From an uncultured Poribacteria bacterium (GTDB taxonomy: Bacteria > Poribacteria > WGA-4E > WGA-3G): 64,000 nucleotides of DNA. Shown piece by piece: positions 52,091 to 61,221 of this stretch (its first letter is position 1; every line of letters begins with the position of its first letter). A program made the translations under genes and the position numbers. Below the pieces are notes generated by a model. The model was not told where the DNA came from. It did not search any database and saw only the letters and a program-made list of their open reading frames with translations. The DNA lies in contig OX638351.1 in NCBI GenBank assembly GCA_951813565.1, positions 1,056,001 to 1,120,000 on the forward strand, in the 5' to 3' direction.

Positions 52091-52843
52091 ATGATCTGTC
52101 TGAGCGTCAATGTAAACAAAGTCGCAACATTACGAAATTCGAGAGGAGGTGACATTCCAGATGTCCTTACTGCTGTTGACACCTGTATTGATGCGGGTGC
52201 GCAAGGCATTACGGTGCATCCACGCGAAGACCAACGTCACATCAGACCGACGGATGTATATGAAATTGCTCAACGGTTAAAAGAAATAAACTCGAAAAAA
52301 AATGATAAAATAGAATACAACATTGAAGGTGATCCACGTCCAGAACTTCTTGAAATGGTGCTGGATGTGCGACCGACACAATGCACGCTTGTTCCTGTTG
52401 TCAGTGGCGAGATCACCAGCCACACCGTTTGGGATATTCAAAAAGATGGCGATATGTTAAAACCTGTGATAACCTCTCTGAAGGACGCTGGTATCCGTGT
52501 GAGCCTTTTTAGCGGCACTGATCTTGAACAGATAGAGAGAACCGTTGACATTGGTGCAGATAGAATTGAACTCTATACTGAACCTTATGCGATGGCACAG
52601 ACAGAGTCGGAAATTGCGCGCGAATTTTCGCGCATGAAAAACGCTGCTGAGAAGGCGCTTGATGTAGGTCTTGGGACTAACGCTGGGCATGATCTTAATC
52701 TTGATAATCTTACTCTCATGCAACAATTGCCTGGGTTACTTGAAGTTTCTATTGGACACCATTTGATGGCTGATGCTCTCTATATCGGACTGGAAGCTGC
52801 AGTCAAAGCATACCGGACTGCGTTAGGACAGAAAATACAATGA
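52091..52843 (+). CDS. pdxJ: Pyridoxine 5'-phosphate synthase
   Basis: LSVNVNKVATLRNSRG, GITVHPREDQRHI, NAGHDL, EVSIGH. Confidence 0.95.
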   Translation: MICLSVNVNKVATLRNSRGGDIPDVLTAVDTCIDAGAQGITVHPREDQRHIRPTDVYEIAQRLKEINSKKNDKIEYNIEGDPRPELLEMVLDVRPTQCTLVPVVSGEITSHTVWDIQKDGDMLKPVITSLKDAGIRVSLFSGTDLEQIERTVDIGADRIELYTEPYAMAQTESEIAREFSRMKNAAEKALDVGLGTNAGHDLNLDNLTLMQQLPGLLEVSIGHHLMADALYIGLEAAVKAYRTALGQKIQ

Positions 52844-53475
52844 AAAAAACATGTGCAATCTTCGATCTTGATGGGACACTTATCCGTCAATCTTCAGAGA
52901 AAGTTTTTCTCAAACACTTGCTGAAACATGGCGAAATTCCGATGTCAAATCTGTTTGCATGGACATCCCATTTTTTGAAGGTCAGATCATATACTCAAGC
53001 AAAATCTAACAAGATTCATCTTTGTGGTTTAGAGCAGCGTCACCTTTGTGAACTTGCACGTAATTGTTTTGTTGATTCACTCCGTGATAGTATAGCGCCT
53101 CACATTTCAACACTAATCCAGACCCATCGAAATGAGGGGCGAACGGTAATTTTGATGTCTGGTTCGTTATCATTTTTAGTTGAACTCTTCCATCAACATT
53201 TTCAGACTGACATTATGGTCGCAGACGAATTAGAGGTGACAAACGGCAAATTTACTGGTGAGCGCGTTGGGTTACGTCCTTATGCACAGAACAAAGCTGC
53301 CCTTGCACAAGAACTCGCAACGACGCATGGGTTTGACCTAAGGGCTTCTTATGCGTACGGTAACCATCATTCAGATGTTTATAAACTGGAATTATTTGGG
53401 TATCCAGTTGCGGTAAATCCTAATCGAGAACTCCGCCGAATAGCAACAGAGCGGAATTGGCAAATAGAATTGTAG
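52840..53475 (+). CDS. HAD-IB family hydrolase
   Basis: FDLDGTL, MSGS, AYGN..SD, AVNP. Confidence 0.88.
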   Translation: MKKTCAIFDLDGTLIRQSSEKVFLKHLLKHGEIPMSNLFAWTSHFLKVRSYTQAKSNKIHLCGLEQRHLCELARNCFVDSLRDSIAPHISTLIQTHRNEGRTVILMSGSLSFLVELFHQHFQTDIMVADELEVTNGKFTGERVGLRPYAQNKAALAQELATTHGFDLRASYAYGNHHSDVYKLELFGYPVAVNPNRELRRIATERNWQIEL

Positions 53476-53492
53476 TCATGGTAGGATAAACA

Positions 53493-54239
53493 GTGCGGCT
53501 TGAAAAATATATTTCTTCTTCAGGTATTGCCTCTCGGCGCGCAGTAAAGCGAGCCATTCGTGAGGGGCACGTCACTGTGAATGGAGCAAAAATTCTCATC
53601 CCCGGACATCCGATTGATGTGGAAAAAGACATTATTGAGTTTGAAGGGAAACAGGTTCAACCACTAACAGAACATATCTATCTGATATTGAATAAGCCTG
53701 CAGGTTATTTAACGACTCGTCGTGATGAACGTGGTCGTCCTACCGTGATGGATCTTTTAACAGACCTACCGAAATCTATTTATCCAGTGGGACGTTTGGA
53801 TTTAGAGACTGAAGGTCTTTTGTTGTTCACGAATGATGGAAAATTCGCTAATCGGTTGATGCATCCAAGTCATGAGATTGAAAAGACCTATCTTGCATGG
53901 GTAAATGGCATTCCAAGTAAACGTGCACTTGAACGCTTACGTAACGGTATTGCCATCCCCGGTGGGAAAACTGCCCCAGCGAAGATCAAACAACTAAATG
54001 TGAAAACTGTCCCTCCGTCATCTGCTAATAGCAAAACACATAAAAATGAGGTAGTTGCAAAATTTAGGGTGATAATCCACGAAGGGAAAAAACGGCAGGT
54101 ACGTCTGATGTTTAAAGCGGTGGGACATCGCGTTATCCGCTTGAAGCGGACACGTATAGGGGCGTTAGGGTTAGGCAATCTCCCGCAGGGGCAATATCGA
54201 TTTCTGACCCCTACGGAAGTTGCTAAATTGCAAGCTTAG
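53493..54239 (+). CDS. rRNA pseudouridine synthase (RsuA/RluB family)
   Basis: S4 domain MRLEKYI..SG.ASRR, LNKPAGY, VGRLD..TEGLLL, EGKKRQVR. Confidence 0.93.
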   Translation: MRLEKYISSSGIASRRAVKRAIREGHVTVNGAKILIPGHPIDVEKDIIEFEGKQVQPLTEHIYLILNKPAGYLTTRRDERGRPTVMDLLTDLPKSIYPVGRLDLETEGLLLFTNDGKFANRLMHPSHEIEKTYLAWVNGIPSKRALERLRNGIAIPGGKTAPAKIKQLNVKTVPPSSANSKTHKNEVVAKFRVIIHEGKKRQVRLMFKAVGHRVIRLKRTRIGALGLGNLPQGQYRFLTPTEVAKLQA

Positions 54240-55264
54240 GTGTCACTTTTATTTTCTGCTTCCGCAGCCAATTCCTTGACGCTTTTCAACCGCGTTTCAG
54301 CAGTCTGTTTCACCCGATCATCTGATGTATGACTTATCAATTTCTCAAGTACTTCAATTGATTTGTCGTACTGTTTTGCAATTGAATAGGTTACACCGAG
54401 ATAAAGTTGAGCAAGTTCATAAACCCCACTTTTTGGATAGGTGTCAATGACTGTTTTGAAATGCATCAGCGCCATTTTGGTATTTTCTGCTGCGACATCT
54501 TCAGCTTTATCTTGAATTTGATTGCCATAAGCGACTCCGAGTTGTATGTGTAAAGCAGGAAGAAGTCCCGAAGTGTTTTTAGTATCATTTTCAATGACCT
54601 TTTTGCTGAACGGGAGCGCTTTTTCTAATTGTCTCTGTCCCAAATAGGCTAAAGCGATTCCATTGTTCAACTTGACATCATCAGGTATTTTTTTGCTAAT
54701 CAAAAGCGCCTTTTCCAATTGTTCCCGTTTTATATAAAGAATAGCGATTTCACTGTTTAGGGTGGCATCATCAGGCGTTTCCTTAAGTTTTGCCAATTTT
54801 ACCTGGAATTCCATCTCTTGTTTTAGAGCTTCTTCCATCACAGGTGCAAATTTTTCAGGTGGAGCGTATCCGACTTTTTTAGTGATGACACCACCATCCG
54901 GGCCGATGAACAAAACTGTCGGATAGCCTGTAATTTCATACTTCTTGCGCGTTTCCTCGTTTATAGGCAATTCCGTGTCTTGTGGGTTTACCTTGACGGT
55001 AATGAACTTCTCAGAAAGGGCAATGACGTTTGCGTCAGTGAATGTTTCGGCATCCAGCCGATCACACCAACCTCACGAGTCTGTATAGAAGTCCATCATA
55101 ATCGGTTTGCCGGTATCAACGGCTTGTTTCGTAGCTTCCTCAATAGACATTCCCCATTGGACTTTTTCGCCTTCAGCAAAAACAGGAATCAATACTGTCA
55201 TTAGCAGAAGGACGGTGAGTCCTGCTACATAGGGAGAGTAGCGGTAAAAAACAGAATTATACAT
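54236..55264 (-). CDS. Exported thioredoxin-fold + TPR selenoprotein (UxxC), 342 aa by UGA read-through
   Basis: ORFs 55073-55264 and 54236-54970 share a frame and are separated only by the TGA at 55075-55073: GKPIMMDFYTDS-U-GWC-DRLDAETF...FITVKVN...GYPTVLF. Confidence 0.85.
55040..55072 (-). promoter_or_regulatory. Putative bacterial SECIS element
   Basis: Directly after UGA: GGUUGGUGUGA-UCGGC-UGGAU-GCCGA-AACAUUC; the apical loop begins 16 nt after UGA and has G at its second position. Confidence 0.7.
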
Positions 55265-55444
55265 TAATTCTCTCCTTTAGGTAAACGATAAATTAGGTGT
55301 TTCCTATATTGTCATGTTGAGCAGATAACCCGCACAACCGTTTATCCTTTTAGTGATTGTAAAATAATACCACATTCCACGAAGTATGTCCAGTTAAAAC
55401 AGATTCTTGAAGGTGTGTAACCAATTCTGCATAGTTTAGTTCAT

Positions 55445-55920
55445 GTCGGGCTTCGCTCTACCCATAGGCGTCAATTTAGCGATGAGTTTCTTGTGGGAGG
55501 GAAACCTTGAAAGCCCGATTGAACGAGATTTAAGCAGAAAATCCAAATCAACGCTGAATGCGCCAAATCAAGAAATCAACGGTATGAATCATGGCGAATG
55601 CCAAAAGCGCATTCGTCTTTAGTCATTCACCGGGTATGAATGCCTGTTGGCATTCCCCGTATGGCATGCTGCCAAATCAACGCTGAATGCGCGTGTAGGC
55701 ATTCATCCAAATCAACGCAGCATGCGCGTATGGCATGCTGCGGGGTTGAAAACCCCTCCCACAAGAGGATATATCCTTAAGTTTACACCCGTCAAATGCC
55801 AAAAGCGCATTTGACGTTGATTTGGCTGAATGCCCGCTAAATGCCACAGGCGCATTTGGCGTTGATTCAGGCGTTCATAGCGTTGATTTATGGGTTTCGC
55901 TGCGCTCTACCCGACCTACA
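55445..55920. repeat. Composite intergenic repeat packed with hairpin cassettes
   Basis: Blocks shared with 48931-48992, 49042-49119 and (inverted) 27211-27289; multiple CGTTGATTTG / CAAATCAACG units. Confidence 0.8.
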
Positions 55921-55968
55921 ATACTACCGCGCTATTGGCATGACAAACGTGACACTAAGAAGTTTTGT

Positions 55969-57360
55969 TTACTTGCCTACGCAGAACTGTGAAAAAATCA
56001 GATCCAGAATATCTTCAGTCGTTGTTTTACCAACGATATCGCCGAGTGCATCAAGACTAATACGTAGATCAACAGAAACGAGATCAGGTGGCATCTCATT
56101 TTCTAAACTCGTTATCACATCATCAAGTGCTTCTTGGGCACGACGTAAAGCATCTTGATGGCGAGCATTGGTAACAATCGGAGATTCACCTATAACGAAT
56201 TCAGCGCCAAGCATTTCTTCTCGAATAGCAGTTTTTAGTACATCAATACCTTTGCCTTCGGTAATTGCTGTCTGAACAACGCGCGCCTTTGGGCAACGGT
56301 CTGTTAACGCTTGTGGCTGGACGATAGTAGGGAGATCAATTTTATTTAGGATCAGAATGGCACGGTGCGAATTCGCTATCTGTAAAAGCTCAATATCTGC
56401 TTCATTTAAGGGTTCGGATGCGTCAAACATTAGGAGTAGAAATTCCGCTTTGTTGAGGACATCTCTACTCCGTTGAACACCTTGCAGTTCAACAATGTCC
56501 TCCGTTTGCCTGAGTCCAGCAGTATCAACGAGATTTACAGGGATGCCGTCAAAATTGATAGTTTCATCAATTGTGTCGCGCGTAGTGCCAGGGATATCTG
56601 TGACAATGGCACGCGCCGTGCGGACAAGGGTGTTGAATAGACTTGATTTTCCGACATTCGGTTTGCCTAAAATGGCAACATTGATACCTTCCTTGATAAG
56701 ACGTCCTTCCGAAGCAGTTTGGAGCAGACACATCAAGTCTGCTTGAACGGCACGCGCAGTTTGGAGCTGCATCTCCACCTTCATAAAATCAAGGTCTTCA
56801 TCGGGAAAATCGATAGAGGCTTCAATTTCTGCCAGCAATGCTGCAAGTCTATCGCTAAGTTGATTCACACTTTCAGACAATTTACCTTCAAGTGCCTGAA
56901 TTGCGATTTTCCGACTAAGTTCTGTTTTTGAACTGATGAGTTCTGCTACTGCTTCAGCTTGTGCAAGGTCGAGCCTGCCGTTGAGAAATGCGCGTTTCGT
57001 AAACTCTCCCGGTTCAGCGAGTCTTGCCCCTGCTTTTACGACTAAATCTAATACAGCTGTTACCGGAACAGTCCCACCGTGGCAGTTAAATTCCACGATG
57101 TCTTCGGTGGTATACGTTTTCGGGGAGCGCATAATGCCAAGCATTACTTCGTCAACGATTTCCGCATCGGAGTTTGATGTATCTATGACGTAGCCGTGTG
57201 TAAGTGTATGTGAAGGGAGTTCAGCAGGGGAGACAGCGCGTGAAGGACGAAACAATTGACTGGCGATCGGAATTGCAAGCGGTCCGCTGACACGCACTAT
57301 TCCGATACCTCCTTCGCCGCGCGGTGTTGCGATGGCGGCGATAGTATCGTCAAATTTCAT
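55969..57360 (-). CDS. mnmE: tRNA modification GTPase MnmE
   Basis: DTIAAIATP, A.PGEFTKRAFLNG, GKPNVGKSS, PGTTRD, DTAG, FCVGK. Confidence 0.97.
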   Translation of the reverse strand: MKFDDTIAAIATPRGEGGIGIVRVSGPLAIPIASQLFRPSRAVSPAELPSHTLTHGYVIDTSNSDAEIVDEVMLGIMRSPKTYTTEDIVEFNCHGGTVPVTAVLDLVVKAGARLAEPGEFTKRAFLNGRLDLAQAEAVAELISSKTELSRKIAIQALEGKLSESVNQLSDRLAALLAEIEASIDFPDEDLDFMKVEMQLQTARAVQADLMCLLQTASEGRLIKEGINVAILGKPNVGKSSLFNTLVRTARAIVTDIPGTTRDTIDETINFDGIPVNLVDTAGLRQTEDIVELQGVQRSRDVLNKAEFLLLMFDASEPLNEADIELLQIANSHRAILILNKIDLPTIVQPQALTDRCPKARVVQTAITEGKGIDVLKTAIREEMLGAEFVIGESPIVTNARHQDALRRAQEALDDVITSLENEMPPDLVSVDLRISLDALGDIVGKTTTEDILDLIFSQFCVGK

Positions 57361-57448
57361 ATCGTAACTCCCGTTCTACAAGCGCAGCACGAGATTACCG
57401 AGGGAATCGGTGATTTTGTGTTATCAAATTTGGTTGTATATTTCTGGC

Positions 57449-58075
57449 TCAATAGTTATCTTGCCGTGCAATAACAACGCGACGCATATCACCTTCTCCT
57501 TGGCTAAACGTTGAGACGGTATCGTCCGATTGTAAGGCGAGATGAATCATGCGCCGGTCCTTGGCAGACATTGGGGCAAGAACGACATCTTGACGCGTCC
57601 GTTTGACTTTTGCAGCAACTTGATGGGCAAGGTCAACGAGCGTCTGCTCTCTGCGTTCACGGTAACCTTCGGTATTAACAAATACCTTTTTTTTAGCGAG
57701 TGCATTTTTATTGACGATACAATTGAGGATCCGTTCAATAGCATCAAGAGTCTGTCCATGTTTTCCGATCAGAAGTGCTGGTGAATCAGAAACCATGTTG
57801 AGGTGCAGACTTCCTTCAATGAAGTTAGATTCAACTTCACCATCAATACCTATCCGCGTGAGCATTTCCTTCAAAACGGTTTCTGGAGCAGTAGAAATAT
57901 CTTCCTTAAGAGTGGCACGAATTTTTGCGGGTTTCGCGCCAAAACTCAAAATACCTTTAGTCGGTTCATTAATAATTATGAGGTTAATCTGTTCGCGCGT
58001 TGCTTCAAGCTGCGTGAGTGCAATTTCAATTGCCTCTTCAACAGTTTCAGCTTCAGTTTCAATATAGTTTTGCAA
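57449..58075 (-). CDS. jag: Jag/KhpB RNA-binding protein (Jag_N, KH, R3H)
   Basis: TVEEAI..AL, LIGKHGQTLDAI, PM...RRMIH.AL, S.GEG..RRVVI. Confidence 0.92.
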   Translation of the reverse strand: MQNYIETEAETVEEAIEIALTQLEATREQINLIIINEPTKGILSFGAKPAKIRATLKEDISTAPETVLKEMLTRIGIDGEVESNFIEGSLHLNMVSDSPALLIGKHGQTLDAIERILNCIVNKNALAKKKVFVNTEGYRERREQTLVDLAHQVAAKVKRTRQDVVLAPMSAKDRRMIHLALQSDDTVSTFSQGEGDMRRVVIARQDNY

Positions 58076-58160
58076 TTGGCAGTACTCCTTTTATGCTGTA
58101 GAAGATTCACGCATGTATGTAAAAAATTTGTATTATAATTTGATAGAGGCCTTCTTATTA

Positions 58161-58453
58161 TAGTGAAACCCATAATTATTTGGACATTTTGTTCTTATGC
58201 GGATTTCAAACACACCATAAATCTCCGAGGCGACAAGTCATGGCGAATACCACACGGGGAATGCCTAAAGACGCATGCGCCAAATCAACGGTCCGAATGC
58301 CTTTTGGCATTCCCCGTATGGCATTCGCCATGATTCATACCGTTGATTTGGCGTATTCGCCCAAGTGCGCTTGGCGTTGATTTGGCAATGAATTGCGCGA
58401 CTACAAACACCGCTAACCTTAAGAAAATGTCCAGGTATTTTTAGATTTTTCTA
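58161..58453. mobile_element. TA-flanked MITE carrying a five-level nest of hairpin cassettes (58232-58384)
   Basis: TA|TAGTGAAACCCATAATTATTTGGACATTT ... AAATGTCCAGGTATTTTAGATTTTTCTA|TA. Confidence 0.75.
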
Positions 58454-58479
58454 TAAGATTTATACGATGAGGTCAAACA

Positions 58480-60333
58480 TTAATTCGATTTGCGCTTCGG
58501 TGTGGTTTCCTGTTTTTCGGATTCGCCATCATGGAAAAATCTTGTTTGTATTTGTTGTTGTGCTACAGTAAAGACGTTATTACATAACCAGTATAACACA
58601 AACCCTGATGCCCAGTTATAAAAAAGGAAGACAAAGATAAGCGGCATAAACTGCATGATTTTCGCCTGCGTATTACTGGTAGTTGGTGTAGCAGACATTC
58701 CGCCGACAAATTTTTGTTGAAGCCAAGTCGTGAGTCCATTTAGAATCGGTAAAAACCGGATAGCATCTATCTGTGTAACAATAAGCGGAATAGAAAATGG
58801 AAGTTTATACAATGTATCTGGTGCTGATAGGTCATCAATCCAAAAGAAGAAAGGCGCACCCCGAAATTCGACAGCACTCCCAAGTAGTGCAAAGAGTGCC
58901 CAAAAAATGGGGAGTTGTGGTAGCCAAGGAATACAGCCACCTAAGGGATTCACTCCGTTTTCTTTGTAAATGCGCATTGTGGCTTTATTCAGTTTTTGCG
59001 GGTCATCCCGATGTTTTTCTCGTAATTCCGTCAATTGCGGTTGCAGTTCCTGCATCTTTTTCATAGAGATATGTGCTTTGCGGGTAAGCGGGAAGGAAAT
59101 TATCTTTACTAATGCTGTCATCAGGATAATCGCTACGCCATAGTTTTGAAAGATGTTGTACAATCCGTTGACTACCCACAGCATGCCCCATGCTAAAAGA
59201 CCGAAAATTCCGAAATCTATGATTTTTGGGAGATGAATCGGTACATCTGGTGCATTCGGTGCTGTAATAGGTTTCAGTAGCGCGTTATCCTTCGGTCCAA
59301 CGTAGAGTCGAAAAACATGAGTTTGCTTTTGCTGAGACGGAAGTTTAAAACGAGGAATTGTCAAAACAGCAGTCTCAGTTGGTGCAGTAACCAAGATATT
59401 TTCCCTCTTATTTGCCTTTGCATTATCCAACGTATAGGTAGCCTTAAGTTCCGGATCTGGAATCATTATGGCACTAAAATATTGACTATTAATACCCGCC
59501 CAGAGTACTGTTTCTAACGCAAGTTCTTGTTTGAGTTCGCGTGTAGGTTTTCCGGTGCCGATATAGGTTTTTGCACCTTCAGCACTACGGCGCCCGGGTT
59601 TACCGGTTTCTTTTTCGTGTACGAGCAAGTCAGCATTAATCCCCGGCCCCCAACGCATTTCGTAGCCATTCCATTGTTCATTTCCACCGATTACTAAAGG
59701 TTCAGCAGCATCGGAAACATTTTCGAACGTTAAGGCTAAATCAACGGTATACCTGTCATTGTAAAAGGTAAACTGTTTGGCAACCTTCAATTGCTCATCA
59801 ATCGTAGTTGTGAAGGTAAGTGTTCCCTCATTTTGTGTATCTGATAGTTGAATGCCCTGTGGCTTGTCTGCCTTCCAGGTAGCGCGACGTAAATTAAGTT
59901 CATTCTGCAGATATGAATTTCCGAATTGGAGTTCAAGACAGTCAAGTGCTGTTTCAGGAATAAGGTTCAACGGCACGTCTTTAGCGATATCCGACCTGTC
60001 GGGAAATCGCAAATTGCTGTTTTCTTTTTTTTCTACCAATTCCCATTGCTTGGCTATTGCCAATTTCTCGTTAAAAGTGATGTTGTAAATAGAAGTTCTG
60101 ATATGGACCTTAGGATCGTCAGGGCTGTCTTGAACCATCATCAGTGGGTCCGAATCAACAGAATCTTCTTCTTTTACTCCAAGTTCTGATTCTTTAGATG
60201 TCTCGTCTTGCGAGGTCTGTTCAGATGTTGCGGGGTTGTTCTGTTCTGGCACGAAACGATTGCCAAATATCAGACTCCATGCAATCATTACACCGACCAT
60301 TAGAACAAGTGCGAGAATATAGCGTGCGCCCAT
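58480..60333 (-). CDS. yidC: Membrane protein insertase YidC
   Basis: YVGPK, IDFG, NYGVAII, LQPQL, GVNPLGGC, W..DLSAPD, LYW..NN. Confidence 0.96.
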   Translation of the reverse strand: MGARYILALVLMVGVMIAWSLIFGNRFVPEQNNPATSEQTSQDETSKESELGVKEEDSVDSDPLMMVQDSPDDPKVHIRTSIYNITFNEKLAIAKQWELVEKKENSNLRFPDRSDIAKDVPLNLIPETALDCLELQFGNSYLQNELNLRRATWKADKPQGIQLSDTQNEGTLTFTTTIDEQLKVAKQFTFYNDRYTVDLALTFENVSDAAEPLVIGGNEQWNGYEMRWGPGINADLLVHEKETGKPGRRSAEGAKTYIGTGKPTRELKQELALETVLWAGINSQYFSAIMIPDPELKATYTLDNAKANKRENILVTAPTETAVLTIPRFKLPSQQKQTHVFRLYVGPKDNALLKPITAPNAPDVPIHLPKIIDFGIFGLLAWGMLWVVNGLYNIFQNYGVAIILMTALVKIISFPLTRKAHISMKKMQELQPQLTELREKHRDDPQKLNKATMRIYKENGVNPLGGCIPWLPQLPIFWALFALLGSAVEFRGAPFFFWIDDLSAPDTLYKLPFSIPLIVTQIDAIRFLPILNGLTTWLQQKFVGGMSATPTTSNTQAKIMQFMPLIFVFLFYNWASGFVLYWLCNNVFTVAQQQIQTRFFHDGESEKQETTPKRKSN

Positions 60334-60424
60334 TTAAATTTTAGATGCTCCTCTTTCTATTTATAGCGCGAGGTTTTGTGACTCGCCATCCACCGTATGT
60401 CAATGGAAATTCGACGTTTATTTG

Positions 60425-60634
60425 CTACTGAAGTGGGTCAAAGCCTCCTGGATGATAAGGATGGCATTTTACCAATCGTTTTAAAGTTAACCAGCTGCCT
60501 TTGAAAGTACCATATTGCTCAAAGGCTTGCTGTGCGTAGTGTGAACAAGTTGGATGGAAACGGCACGTTGGAGGAAAAAGTGGGGAGATGAAGCGACGAT
60601 ATCCACGGATAACGTAAAGAATTAATCGGCTCAT
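60425..60634 (-). CDS. yidD: Membrane protein insertion efficiency factor YidD
   Basis: [30 protein letters not shown]. Confidence 0.95.
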   Translation of the reverse strand: MSRLILYVIRGYRRFISPLFPPTCRFHPTCSHYAQQAFEQYGTFKGSWLTLKRLVKCHPYHPGGFDPLQ

Positions 60635-60748
60635 TTTCTTTCAAATAATCGCGCATTTGCTGAAGATGTTTTTTATATCCAACGATATATTTATCGGTAT
60701 TGATTGGACTATGTCTCAATTTTACAAAATTCACTTTCCCAAGTGCTT

Positions 60749-61111
60749 CTATAAACCTGTTTTATCGGTTATCGTAATTGATGCTCTACAGAACAATTGG
60801 TGTAAACTTTCTGTAGCTTGCTGTCCTGAAAGCCTACAAGCAGCTTTTCTACCTACAACCACAATGTCGTACTGGGGCAAAAGCTCAAGTTTAAGCATGC
60901 GAAACGCTTCACGAATGAGGCGTTTGACACGGTTCCGCTGAACACTTTTACCTACTTTTTTGCTAACTGTTATTCCTAACCGAGGTTGACTGAATTGTGT
61001 ACGGAAGACGTAGATAACGAAGTAGGTATCCCAGCACTTTTTCCCTTTTTTATATGCTCTCTGAAATTCCCAAGACTTCTTCAGCCTTTCTGGATGTGGT
61101 TGATACGGCAT
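60749..61111 (-). CDS. rnpA: Ribonuclease P protein component
   Basis: RLKK..EF, RLGITVSKKVGKSVQRNRVKRLIRE. Confidence 0.95.
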   Translation of the reverse strand: MPYQPHPERLKKSWEFQRAYKKGKKCWDTYFVIYVFRTQFSQPRLGITVSKKVGKSVQRNRVKRLIREAFRMLKLELLPQYDIVVVGRKAACRLSGQQATESLHQLFCRASITITDKTGL

Positions 61112-61221
61112 AACCTCAGGATTGATTCAGAATAGTAGCGACTTCTTCACGCAATTCTGTAAGATGCCCTTTTATTTCCGTACATAATCGGATACGCATG
61201 GGCAAACAACTGTCTTCAGTT

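Noticed and set aside
55073..55075. TGA as a nonsense mutation (pseudogene)
   Set aside because: Its position at the catalytic Cys, the adjacent SECIS-like hairpin and the otherwise intact frame favour selenocysteine.
55541..55890. Repeated CAAATCAACG/CGTTGATTTG units as a CRISPR array
   Set aside because: Units occur in both orientations and nested, the intervening sequences are themselves related hairpins, and no cas genes are present.
27131..58380. Short ORFs inside repeats (27131-27337, 48966-49148, 49240-49449, 55841-56158, 58180-58380)
   Set aside because: They translate palindromic repeat DNA or overlap mnmE antisense.
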